Notes under the pieces: generated by a model | What the model was told of the DNA's origin: nothing | Databases searched by the model: none | Seen by the model: only the letters and a program-made list of their open reading frames with translations | Source: an uncultured delta proteobacterium | Lineage (GTDB): Bacteria > Desulfobacterota > Binatia > Binatales > Binataceae | Direction of reading: 5' to 3' | DNA: 64,000 nucleotides | Assembly (NCBI GenBank): GCA_963711565.1 | Contig: CAVQEQ010000004.1 | Location: 1,440,001-1,504,000, forward strand | Part shown: positions 39,608 through 48,523 of the stretch, piece by piece | Layout of the letters: each line of letters begins with the position of its first letter | How positions within the stretch are numbered: position 1 is the first letter of the stretch | Program-made: the position numbers and the translations under genes

Positions 39608-40333
39608 ATGGAAGTTGTCTCGAGTGAAGTGTCTGTTCGCACCGGCGCCGAGAATATGCCGGCGCATCTCGCGCGCCCGGCGTCCGGCGGTCCCTATCCC
39701 GCGCTGGTCGTCGTGATGGAAGCGTTCGGCCTCAACGATCAGATCAAACGCATCACCAATCAATTCGCGTCCGAAGGTTTCGTCGCCATCTCCCCGAATC
39801 TCTATTTTCGCCAACCCAACAACGTCGTCGGCTACAACGATTTGCCCGGCGCTTTTCGCCTGATGGGCTCGATCAACGACGATCAGATCGTCGCCGACAT
39901 GGGCGCCGCGATCGATCATCTGAAAAGCCTGAAAGAAGTAAAGCCCGCGTTCGGCACCACCGGGTTCTGCATGGGCGGACGCGTCAGTTTCCTGACCGCA
40001 TGCCGCAATCCCGCTGTCAGAGCCACCGCACCGTACTACGGCGGCGGCATCGTCAAGTCGCGCCAGCCGGGCGTCAAGCCGCCAATCGAATACGTCGATG
40101 GTCTCAAGGCCCCCGTCCTGGCGTTCTTCGGCGGCAAGGACGCCTTCATTCCGATCACCGAAGTCGACGAATTTCGCGACGCCCTGAAGAAAGCCGGCAA
40201 GCCGGCCGAGGTAGTCTTCTATCCCGACGCCGACCACGGCTTCATGTGCGACGACCGCCCGTCGTTCCATCCCGTGCATTCGAAAGAGGCGTGGGCGCGG
40301 ACCATCGCGTTCTTCAAAGAGTATCTCGGCTGA
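39608..40333 (+). CDS. Dienelactone hydrolase family
   Basis: EAFGLN, GFCMGG, GGKD, ADHGF; ATG 39608 after GGAGG. Confidence 0.92.
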   Translation: MEVVSSEVSVRTGAENMPAHLARPASGGPYPALVVVMEAFGLNDQIKRITNQFASEGFVAISPNLYFRQPNNVVGYNDLPGAFRLMGSINDDQIVADMGAAIDHLKSLKEVKPAFGTTGFCMGGRVSFLTACRNPAVRATAPYYGGGIVKSRQPGVKPPIEYVDGLKAPVLAFFGGKDAFIPITEVDEFRDALKKAGKPAEVVFYPDADHGFMCDDRPSFHPVHSKEAWARTIAFFKEYLG

Positions 40334-40362
40334 AACGGCGTGGTCGCGTCTTGTTGATATTA

Positions 40363-40818
40363 TTGCGGCGGGCCGGTCTGCGCCGGCCCGCTTTTTTTCT
40401 TGCACTCGCCATCGCCATCGTCGCGGCCGGCGGATGCTATTCCACCGACTATCGCCGCACGATGGCCGCGAACGTGTCGCTGCTCTCCGATATGTCCGAC
40501 AAGCTCGCCGACTACTGCCGCACTTATTTCAAGCTCGACGATCGCCAGCTGTCGTCCGAGGAGATGGGCGAGTTCTATTACGCCTTCAACAAGGCCAACG
40601 CGTTCTCATCCTCGACGCCGCGCGAGGCGTCGCGCCCGTCGCATCGCGATTTCATCAAGCTGCTCAACGCCTACGAGAAATTCGCCCACGCCGCCGACGA
40701 ATACCGGCTCGATGGCAAAGTCAACCCCGCGATGCTCGCGTCGTTGCTCTCGCAGCACGACCAGGTCCGCCACCTCGCCGGCAAAGTCAGCGAAGACCTG
40801 AAGAACGAACCCGACTGA
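40363..40818 (+). CDS. Putative lipoprotein (helical, unknown function)
   Basis: (M)RRAGLRRPAFFLALAIAIVAAGGC signal/lipobox; host codon usage; start uncertain (TTG 40351, 40354 or 40363). Confidence 0.65.
   Translation: MRRAGLRRPAFFLALAIAIVAAGGCYSTDYRRTMAANVSLLSDMSDKLADYCRTYFKLDDRQLSSEEMGEFYYAFNKANAFSSSTPREASRPSHRDFIKLLNAYEKFAHAADEYRLDGKVNPAMLASLLSQHDQVRHLAGKVSEDLKNEPD
40368..40398 (+). terminator. Intrinsic terminator-like hairpin after the DLH gene
   Basis: GCGGGCCGG-TCTGCG-CCGGCCCGC-TTTTTTT. Confidence 0.7.
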
Positions 40819-40833
40819 TACGTCGCGTGGCGC

Positions 40834-41514
40834 TCAGCCCTTCCAATGCTGGCCGTACTTGTCCAGGTACGCGACTTCGCTCACCGGGCGCCGCTTGATC
40901 GGTCCGAACTTTCCCTGCGGATATCCGATCGGCATCAGCGCATAGGTCTGCACTTCGGGCGGCAGCCCAAGGATCTGTTTCACCTCGTCCTCGAAAAACG
41001 TGTGAATCGTCGTCAGCACCGTGCCGAGTCCCAGCCCGCGGCACGCGAGAATAATATTCTGCACCGCGGGATAGATGCTCGAGCCCGACGTCCGCGCGAG
41101 GCTCTTCATCACCGCGGCAATCTCGGGCGGAAGCTTGGGCTGCGCTCCAGTGGGCGCGGTTTGCTTCAGGCATGCGATCAGCAGCACCGGCGCGTCCGCC
41201 ATGTGATCGATCAGGTACGTCGCCGACGCCATCAGCTTGCGGTAAGTGTCCTCGGCCATGTGCGCGGGCTTGACGCGATTCGCGTACAACGCCATGAGGA
41301 TTCCGCCGCCCTTGCGATACACGTCGCCGATCTTCTTGCGCTGCGCGGCGTCCTTGATGATCACGAACTCCCAGCTCTGTTCGTTGCTGCCCGACGGCGC
41401 GCGAATCGCCGCATCGAGCACCTTGGTGATTACCTCGTCGGGAACCGGATCGGGCTTGAACCGCCTGAGCGACCGCGCCGAATAAATTGCCTCGAAAAGT
41501 CCAATCTCCGCCAT
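40834..41514 (-). CDS. Nitroreductase family protein
   Basis: ARSLRRFKPDPVP, APSGSNEQSW, AVQNIILACRGLGLG, PIGYP. Confidence 0.92.
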   Translation of the reverse strand: MAEIGLFEAIYSARSLRRFKPDPVPDEVITKVLDAAIRAPSGSNEQSWEFVIIKDAAQRKKIGDVYRKGGGILMALYANRVKPAHMAEDTYRKLMASATYLIDHMADAPVLLIACLKQTAPTGAQPKLPPEIAAVMKSLARTSGSSIYPAVQNIILACRGLGLGTVLTTIHTFFEDEVKQILGLPPEVQTYALMPIGYPQGKFGPIKRRPVSEVAYLDKYGQHWKG

Positions 41515-41569
41515 TGTTGAAAGCTCCTTCTACGAATTACTGTCGGTTGAGAATTGCATCCGGTGCCTC

Positions 41570-41621
41570 AAAAAGAAAAGCGGCCGTGCGATCGCTGTCG
41601 ATCGCAAAGCCGCTTCTTTTC
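41570..41621. terminator. Possibly bidirectional intrinsic terminator after the VOC gene
   Basis: AAAAAGAAAAGCGGC...GCGATCG/CGATCGC...GCCGCTTCTTTTC. Confidence 0.6.
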
Positions 41622-41648
41622 AATCGTCAATCAGCCGCGCGCGCCCGC

Positions 41649-42218
41649 TCACACCGGCGTGCGATTCAGTTTCGGCGAAGCCTGCGGCCCCGCCAGCGTC
41701 TGGTAAACTTTCTTCGCATCCTCCGGATCGCTCACCATCGGCCCCGGTTGATCATGATGCTTCATGATCTTGTCGTCCGCGGTGAACGCGCGGACCGTCG
41801 CGCAATATTCGAGCAGCAGGCCGTTGGGATCGCGAAAGTAGATCGAGCGGCACCATTCATGATCGACCACCGGCGTCACATCAACGTCCTTTGCGATCAA
41901 TTCCTCGCGCTTGGCTTCGAGCTCCTTCACGTCGTCGCAATGGAACGCGAAATGGTAGAACGCGCCCGGAAGTCCCTGCGCGCTGTTGATATCGGTCGCC
42001 CACTCGGTCGGCACGCCCGGCACTTTCTCCGGACACATGAACGCGACCATGCTGCCGTCGCCCGTGTCCAGGAACACATGCTTGATCTTGCCGCCCGCGG
42101 CCGGCTCGATAATATCTGACCACGCGACTTCCCAGCCCAACTTCGTCGTGTAGAACTCGACCGTGCGATCGATATCGAGAGTCGCCAACCCCAGATGATG
42201 GACCCCAGTGCGTTTCAT
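41649..42218 (-). CDS. VOC/glyoxalase-family protein
   Basis: GVHHLGL, FYHFAF, RSIYFRDPNGLLLE. Confidence 0.9.
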   Translation of the reverse strand: MKRTGVHHLGLATLDIDRTVEFYTTKLGWEVAWSDIIEPAAGGKIKHVFLDTGDGSMVAFMCPEKVPGVPTEWATDINSAQGLPGAFYHFAFHCDDVKELEAKREELIAKDVDVTPVVDHEWCRSIYFRDPNGLLLEYCATVRAFTADDKIMKHHDQPGPMVSDPEDAKKVYQTLAGPQASPKLNRTPV

Positions 42219-42344
42219 CGCCTACCCTCCTGTCCCGTCCACCACTTTACTAACACGCCGGATTCGATAGTCAAACGCTCCAGAACGATCGTTCAAGACT
42301 CCCGTTCAGGCGCGCCGTCGCTAAGTAAGTCGCTCCTTCTTCAA

Positions 42345-42604
42345 TAACCTCTCCTTGTCCGAGGAGAGGTCGGCGAAAGCCACGCGAAGCGCGGTGTCGC
42401 CGGGTGAGGTGCAACGCCTGACATCGCACTCACCCCAACTCGTCTAACCGAATTTGTTAGGCACTCAGGCCATCGCAAGACAGCAGCGCCACTTTCAGAC
42501 TTGGTGCAACAAGCAAACGAGCTGTTCTGCTGTGGCTAGCGTTGCACCTCGCCCGTCGCTCACCTTCGGCTCGCGCCGACCTCTCTTCGGACAAGGAGAG
42601 GTTA
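42345..42604. mobile_element. REPIN/MITE-like non-autonomous element, copy 1
   Basis: Terminal inverted repeats TAACCTCTCCTTGTCCGAGGAGAGGTC.../...GACCTCTCTTCGGACAAGGAGAGGTTA, inner IR GGGTGAGGTGCAACGC; homologous throughout to 52242-52495. Confidence 0.8.
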
Positions 42605-42636
42605 ATATCCGCGAAGCCCAACATCACCTTCTTAGT

Positions 42637-42667
42637 ACTGGGTGTAGGGGGGTCATATCACCCTTGC
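42637..42667 (+). repeat. Degenerate half copy of the GGGTGCAGGGGTCACCCCTGC hairpin
   Basis: ACTGGGTGTAGGGGGGTCATATCACCCTTGC. Confidence 0.45.
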
Positions 42668-43371
42668 TACTCCTTACACTCGTTCCAGGCCTGCGAAGGC
42701 GCGTTGTCATAGTTGAACTTCACGCACGCCACCGACGCGCACGCATTGACCAAATCCACGGTCGGCGGCACGTTCGCATTCTTCATCAGCCACAGATTCA
42801 ACTCGCTCACCATCTGCGGGCCGAGCCCATTCAGCTCCGGCACAACTATTATGTAGAGCGCATCCTCTTGGCGCCGCGCCGTTGACCATGTCCCCGGATG
42901 TGCAATCGAGGGGAATGCCTGCATCCTGCGATGGGTCTTCGGACCCTCGACGACCTTCCAGTTGCCGGCAATCTCAACCGCCAGATGGCGCGGGAACTCC
43001 TCAATCAAGTCGCCGACATCGGTATCTCGCGGCGGCTCGACGCCAACCGCACACGCACGAACCTCGCCCCAGTAGCGATCGATCGCAAGCGCAGCCGCGT
43101 TCCTCGAGGCCTCGGTCTTATACTGTCCGTTAGTCTTAACCCGAATCCCCGTCGCCGTGACGAGATCAGCCGCGAACTCGGAAGACGACAACTCAAGCGG
43201 TCGCGCCTGTACTTCAGCAGGCGTGCCAGTGTTACCAGAATACGAAGTCGATTGCGTCGGACACGCGATTAAAGTGCTCGCGACCACAATCGCCAACACC
43301 GCCATCAACGCGCGCCCAATCGCCGCGCGAGCAACCCCACCCCACCCCACCACCAATTGTGCGACCCGCAT
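42667..43371 (-). CDS. Putative lipoprotein, unknown function
   Basis: Hydrophobic N-terminus ending ASTLIAC; ATG 43371 lies 5 nt after the repaired CoA-transferase stop (alternative ATG 43305). Confidence 0.65.
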   Translation of the reverse strand: MRVAQLVVGWGGVARAAIGRALMAVLAIVVASTLIACPTQSTSYSGNTGTPAEVQARPLELSSSEFAADLVTATGIRVKTNGQYKTEASRNAAALAIDRYWGEVRACAVGVEPPRDTDVGDLIEEFPRHLAVEIAGNWKVVEGPKTHRRMQAFPSIAHPGTWSTARRQEDALYIIVVPELNGLGPQMVSELNLWLMKNANVPPTVDLVNACASVACVKFNYDNAPSQAWNECKE

Positions 43372-43375
43372 CCGC

Positions 43376-44561
43376 TCAGACGACTCCCTCGCGCTTGAGG
43401 CGCTCGAGCTCATCCGCACCGATTCCGATCGATACGAGCACTTCGGCGGTATGCTCGCCAAGTTCGGGTGGACGTTCTCATCGGCCTGTCGCTATCGGAC
43501 GCCGCGGACATCTTGATAGGAGTGCCGGCGACACGGATCTTGCCGCGGGTTGGATAGTCGCTGTCAATCAGCATCCGGCGTTGCGCGGTTTCAGGATCGG
43601 CTATCACTTCTTCGACCGTCCGCACTGGCGCGCATGGAATTCCCGCCTCGATCAGTCCTTCGACCATCGCGTCACGCGGCTGCGCGATTGTCCATTCGGC
43701 GACGAGCGCGTCCAGTTCGTCGGCGATCTTCAGCCGCGCACCGTGATTCTTGCATCGAGGATCGGCAATCAGATCTTCGCGGCCCATCAATTTCGCCAGC
43801 GTGCGCCAATGCGCTTCCGTCAGGCAGAAGATCAGTATCTCGCCGTCGCTCGCGGGATAGATGTTGGTCGGGCATGCGCCCCAATGACGATTTCCCAACC
43901 GCTTGAACTTCATCCCCTGCAGCGCGGGCGCAACCGCGCTGGTCAATGCGGGAATCGCCACGTCGAGCATGGCGACCTCGACATGCTGTCCTTTGCCCGT
44001 CTTCCCCCGATGTATCAACGCCGCCAAAATTCCGCTCACCATGTGACTGCCGGTCCCCATGTCGATAAACGTCGCCGAAGTTTTCACCGGACGGTCGGGG
44101 AATCCCGTGATACTGATGAACCCCGACGACGCCTGGATCGTGTTGTCCATCGAGCCGAGCTTCGCGTACCGGCTGTCAGAGCCGTAGCCCTTGCCCGACG
44201 CGTAAATCAGCCGCGGAAACCGCGCGGCGATCTGATCGTAGCCGAGCCCGAACGACTCCATCACGCCGTCAAGATAGTTCTCGACCATCACGTCGGCGTC
44301 CTCGAGCAGCTTGAGCACGATCTCCTGCCCGCGCCGATCTTTCAGGTTGATCGTGACGGAGCGCTTGTTCGCGTTGAGCATCAGGAACGAGTATCCGGCG
44401 CCGCCCGGCGGCAATTCCGGCCGCCGCAGAACTTCCCCTGTTATTGGCGGCTCGATCTTGACTATATCGGCGCCCATCGCCGCCAGTTGCAGCGTACAGT
44501 ACGGGGCCGCGTAAACCTGTCCGAGATCGATCACGCGGATTCCATCGAGCGGCAAACTCAT
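43376..44561 (-). pseudogene. Class III CoA-transferase (CaiB/BaiF), frameshift in C-terminal tail near 43475
   Basis: LDGIRVIDL, GADIVKIEP, NANKRSV, DVMVEN, GYG, MD. Conserved end RPPELGEHTAEVL..GIGADELERLKREGVV* is in a shifted frame ending at 43376. Confidence 0.88.
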
Positions 44562-44571
44562 CGTCGAATCC

Positions 44572-45735
44572 TCATCGCAATAGCGAGCGTGCGATCACCA
44601 TCCGATGCACTTCGCTGGGGCCTTCGCCTATTCGCCGGATGCGCGCCTCGCGATACCATCGCTCGATTGGAAACTCCTTGCTGACTCCGTAGCCGCCGTG
44701 AATCTGCACCGCGCGATCGATCACGCGGCCGAGCACCTCGCTCGAATAGAGTTTCGCGATCGACGCCTCGGTGCGGAAGTCCTCGCCGCGGTCGGCCTTC
44801 CACGCGCCTTCCCACGTCAGCCATCGCGCCGCGCGCAGCTCGACCTCCGAGTCCGCGAGCATCCACTGTATCGCCTGCCGCTTCGACAGCAGCTCGCCGA
44901 ACGTGCTGCGCTGCTTGGCGTGATCGATCGCCATCCTGAGCGCCGCCACTCCCACTCCAACATTGCACGCCGAGTACGGAAAACGCAGCCGCGTCAGTAG
45001 ATCAAGGCACAAGTTCAACCCCTCGCCCTCGGGTCCCAGCCGCTGCTCGACCGGCACGACGCAATCCTCGAAGTGAACTTCATTCGGCAGCGCCGACGTG
45101 CGCAGCGTCCGAAACGGCCGCGCCGTGAATCCCGGCGTGCCCTTCTTGATTATGAAGCACGTGATGCCCTTGCGGCCGGCCTTGGCGTCAGTGCGGGTGA
45201 AGACGACGCCCCACTCCGCTTCATGGGCATGCGAAATGAAAATCTTCGTGCCGTTGAGGACGTAGGTATCGCCCTGCCGAACCGCCTTGCACTGAATCGC
45301 GCCGGCCGGATCGGAGCCGCCCGACGGCTCAGTGATCGCAAAAAACGTATGCCACGCATTCTTGATCGTGCCGCCGGCGTAGCTGCGCTTCTGCTCCTCG
45401 CTGCCCGCGTAAATCACCGGCGGCGGCGTGCGTCCAAAGACGCCGCAGCCGGGGTTGTAGAGGCCCATGCGATGCTGCGCCATCTCCTCGGTCAGCACGC
45501 ACATGTCGAACGTGCCGAGGCCGCCGCCGCCGTACTCGCGCGGCGCACCCATGCACCACAAGCCGGCCGCTTGATTCTTTTTCGCGAGGCGCCAGTAATC
45601 GTCCTCAGGAATCTCAGCCGCGTCAGGATCGCATTTCGCTTCGATCGGGATAATCTCCTCGCGGATTATTCTTCCCACCTGATCGCGCAGCGCTCGCAGC
45701 TCCGGCGACAGCGCAAATCCATTGTCAGCGTCCAT
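44572..45735 (-). CDS. Acyl-CoA dehydrogenase
   Basis: FAITEPSGGSD, LNGTKIFIS, RSTFG...QAIQWMLA, VQIHGGYG, RIGEGPSEV. Confidence 0.95.
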   Translation of the reverse strand: MDADNGFALSPELRALRDQVGRIIREEIIPIEAKCDPDAAEIPEDDYWRLAKKNQAAGLWCMGAPREYGGGGLGTFDMCVLTEEMAQHRMGLYNPGCGVFGRTPPPVIYAGSEEQKRSYAGGTIKNAWHTFFAITEPSGGSDPAGAIQCKAVRQGDTYVLNGTKIFISHAHEAEWGVVFTRTDAKAGRKGITCFIIKKGTPGFTARPFRTLRTSALPNEVHFEDCVVPVEQRLGPEGEGLNLCLDLLTRLRFPYSACNVGVGVAALRMAIDHAKQRSTFGELLSKRQAIQWMLADSEVELRAARWLTWEGAWKADRGEDFRTEASIAKLYSSEVLGRVIDRAVQIHGGYGVSKEFPIERWYREARIRRIGEGPSEVHRMVIARSLLR

Positions 45736-47606
45736 CAGAAAAGTTCCTCCGCCGGTTTCCCGTCTCCATCGAGTCCGCGCTGCAATCCGCGGATCCACAT
45801 CGCGCGGATCCATTCGAGGTCATAGGCGCCCCACGTCCCTTTGATTTCGGCGTCGATGCTGCGGATGTGCGCGATGGCGTCCGTGACTTTCGTGATCGCG
45901 GCCGCGCCCCAAGCCTGGCGATGGATGCCCGTCTGCTGGATCGCGCCCAGGTAGTCGGACATCCCCGCAAGCACGTCGCTGCTGTAGCGCCAGAGCTCCT
46001 TCTCGGCATCCGCGAGGCGAGTGTCCGCGCTCGACGCGATTTGGTCGGCCGCCGCAATCGCCTCGTTGAACGTCAACGCCGCTTCGCGAAGCTCGATGCG
46101 TTTGCGCGCAGCTTTTTCAGCCGAAGCGATCGGTCGTATCACGTCGGCATAGTCGAGGCACAGCTTCGACGCGCGCTCGACGGCGCGATAAGCCGCGGCC
46201 ATTTCGGTAGCACATCGCGGATGCCTGCCGGCCGCCGTTTCGGCTAGAGTCGCGCCAGGATCAAAATTGGGATCCTGCGATCCGCGAACGAATGCCTCGA
46301 GGTTCACCGGGTAGGCCATCACGCTGTACGCGCCAAACGTCAGGCACGAGATGCTCGTGATGCCCAGCCGCCGGTAAGCGCGGAGGTCAGAGGCAATGAC
46401 AGCCGGCGTCGCGAAACCCAGGCCGCCGAACAGGATCGCGTCGGCGTAGTATTCGAAGATGTGACCGCGCCCCTTGAATATGTCGATGTAGCGCTTCAGC
46501 GATTCGAGATAGCGCGGATTGATCTCGCACGCACTGTCGTCGATCGCATGGCTGTAGCATCTCTCCCGCGGCGCCCATTCGAACCAAACGTTGTCGAGCG
46601 GCTTAAGCCCGGGATGCGGCTCGATCGTGTCGTGATAGGCGAGATAGGCGATCGGCGGCGCCTTCGGGTCGGCGGCGAGCGCGCCGGCAATTGCGTTGAC
46701 GACATCCATATATTGAAGTTGCGGCGGGAGATCGCGACATTGACCGCATCGGCACCACGCGCCACGCCATACGTCGGCGCCCCAGATGTGCAGCAAGCCG
46801 TTCTCGGGATGGTCGTGAACGTAGGCGAGCGCGCCAGCGCGAACGAGAGCGACGGCGTCGGGATTGGAGACGCAGAGATTGCCGCGCGGCGCCCGAACAC
46901 CGTCGTCGCCGGCGGGGAAATACTCCGGATGCTCGCCGAAGCGATCGCGCGGCAGCAGGAGTTGCAGGACGTGGCCGCCGTATTCGACGCCTATCCCGTG
47001 CTCGCGCAAGATCGGCGCGACCTCATCGATCTTGAGCCGCGTGTCGTGCGCGTGGCGGATGTACGAAAAAGCGTTGATGCCGCGCCGCGCCATCCACGGA
47101 ATAAATTCGCGGTCGTGACGCAGGTGCAAATCTAGCCGGTCTGGAAAATTGTAGTTCCAGGTCATGATGTCGGAGACAAATGCGCGGCGCTTGAACGCGG
47201 GCGTCACGCGCCATGGTTCGATCGCGGCGAGGCGACTCGAATCGATTCGCGGATACAATGGCGGCACACCGGGCAGAAACTGCGCGCCAAGTTTTTCGAG
47301 CAGATTCGACGCCGCGTGGATTAATCCGCGCTCCGTCCCGGCGCGAATCGTGATCGAGCCGCCGTCGTGCGAGACATCGAAGCTGTCGCCTTCGAGAGTG
47401 ATTGGCGACGGTGATGCCGAACCGGCCGGCTGGGACAGGTCGATTTTGATTTCGGCCGCGGTTAGTGACGCGTCGGGAGACGCATCAACTTGAATGCCGA
47501 GCATCGCGCCGAGTCCCGCCGACAGCTCTTGCGCGGCGAGCTTTGCGACTTCTCCTGCGATCGCGCTGAAGCGGATGTGGGGCGCGGCGACGCCTGCTTG
47601 ACTCAT
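45735..47606 (-). CDS. DUF4838-like protein (glycoside hydrolase-like barrel)
   Basis: GH20/67-type N-terminal segment (ITIRAGTERGLIHA), FGEHPEYF, NLCVSNP, WCRCGQC, YLAYHDT, IFEYY; stop overlaps the ACAD start (TGATG). Confidence 0.7.
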   Translation of the reverse strand: MSQAGVAAPHIRFSAIAGEVAKLAAQELSAGLGAMLGIQVDASPDASLTAAEIKIDLSQPAGSASPSPITLEGDSFDVSHDGGSITIRAGTERGLIHAASNLLEKLGAQFLPGVPPLYPRIDSSRLAAIEPWRVTPAFKRRAFVSDIMTWNYNFPDRLDLHLRHDREFIPWMARRGINAFSYIRHAHDTRLKIDEVAPILREHGIGVEYGGHVLQLLLPRDRFGEHPEYFPAGDDGVRAPRGNLCVSNPDAVALVRAGALAYVHDHPENGLLHIWGADVWRGAWCRCGQCRDLPPQLQYMDVVNAIAGALAADPKAPPIAYLAYHDTIEPHPGLKPLDNVWFEWAPRERCYSHAIDDSACEINPRYLESLKRYIDIFKGRGHIFEYYADAILFGGLGFATPAVIASDLRAYRRLGITSISCLTFGAYSVMAYPVNLEAFVRGSQDPNFDPGATLAETAAGRHPRCATEMAAAYRAVERASKLCLDYADVIRPIASAEKAARKRIELREAALTFNEAIAAADQIASSADTRLADAEKELWRYSSDVLAGMSDYLGAIQQTGIHRQAWGAAAITKVTDAIAHIRSIDAEIKGTWGAYDLEWIRAMWIRGLQRGLDGDGKPAEELF

Positions 47607-47626
47607 TCTATAGGACTCCCGATGCG

Positions 47627-47688
47627 TTCGGCCCGTCGTCTTTCCGGCGGTGGCGAAATGATAACATGGCGGTCCCGCATTGGTAGCG
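47627..47688 (+). repeat. Left direct repeat of the TetR/GT-C islet
   Basis: 48/62 identical (hand count, ungapped) to 50327-50388. Confidence 0.8.
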
Positions 47689-47705
47689 ACGCGGTCGTCC
47701 CGCTA

Positions 47706-48386
47706 TCAAACTCGGCGGAGTCTTTTTGCCGATGTACTCTTCAGACCACGACGGACGCGAGATGCTCGCAGACGGGCAGGCTTCGCCGTGCCGCATCCTT
47801 CCAGCAAGACATCCATCGCATTCATAAAACGCTCTTCAAGAGAATCGGACCTGTTTTTCCACCATCCGCTGACCCAGTTGCCGGCAATCAGCACGAGCAT
47901 CCCTTCCATCATTTCCGCGAGATGCAACGGCTTCTGATCGGCGCGAATCTCCCCGCGCTTCTGGCCTTCGGCGAAAAGTCGTTCGTACTGCTCGTAGAGC
48001 TGAAGAGATCTGTCGCGCAAAACGCCCTTAGCATCGGTCATCATCCTCGACTGCTTTGCAACCAGAGCATGAAACTTCGGATCTGAATCCCACAACGTCG
48101 CCCATTGGCGAATCACGCTGCGAATCCGGTCGGGCACACTACAATCCCGGCGTTCGAGTTCGCGCTTCACCGACGCGATTGAGTACTCGAGCATCTCCAC
48201 CGCGAACGCCATTATCAGCGCGTCCTTGGTGGAAAAGTAGTTGAAGAAGGTGACCTCGCTGATGCGCAGCCGTTCGACGATGTCGCGGACGCGGGTCTGT
48301 TCGTAACCTTTTTTCCGAAACAGCGCGGCCGCCGTATTCAGAATCGCGCGGCGCTGCTCGGCCTTCTTCTCCTCGCGCAAACCCAT
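47706..48386 (-). CDS. TetR/AcrR-family regulator
   Basis: MGLREEKK..RRAILNTAAALFRKKGYEQTRVRDIVERLRISEVTFFNYFSTKDAL. Confidence 0.93.
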   Translation of the reverse strand: MGLREEKKAEQRRAILNTAAALFRKKGYEQTRVRDIVERLRISEVTFFNYFSTKDALIMAFAVEMLEYSIASVKRELERRDCSVPDRIRSVIRQWATLWDSDPKFHALVAKQSRMMTDAKGVLRDRSLQLYEQYERLFAEGQKRGEIRADQKPLHLAEMMEGMLVLIAGNWVSGWWKNRSDSLEERFMNAMDVLLEGCGTAKPARLRASRVRRGLKSTSAKRLRRV

Positions 48387-48523
48387 CGGCCCGATCAATT
48401 ACACATCGAGCGTCGCGAAGGGAAACTCGGACTGCGACGCGGCTCTCGTCGACGGCACGGCGGCGCAGCGATCTCGCTGCGTTGACTTTGGTTCACCATA
48501 TATATTTAGTCTACCTCATTATT

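Noticed and set aside
5225-43510. Programmed ribosomal frameshifting at the three split genes
   Set aside because: No slippery heptamers or homopolymer runs at the shift sites; indel errors or recent mutations are simpler.
47660-47690. Islet repeat as a dif/pdif XerCD site
   Set aside because: Only ATGTTA resembles the XerD arm; there is no 11-6-11 structure or XerC arm.
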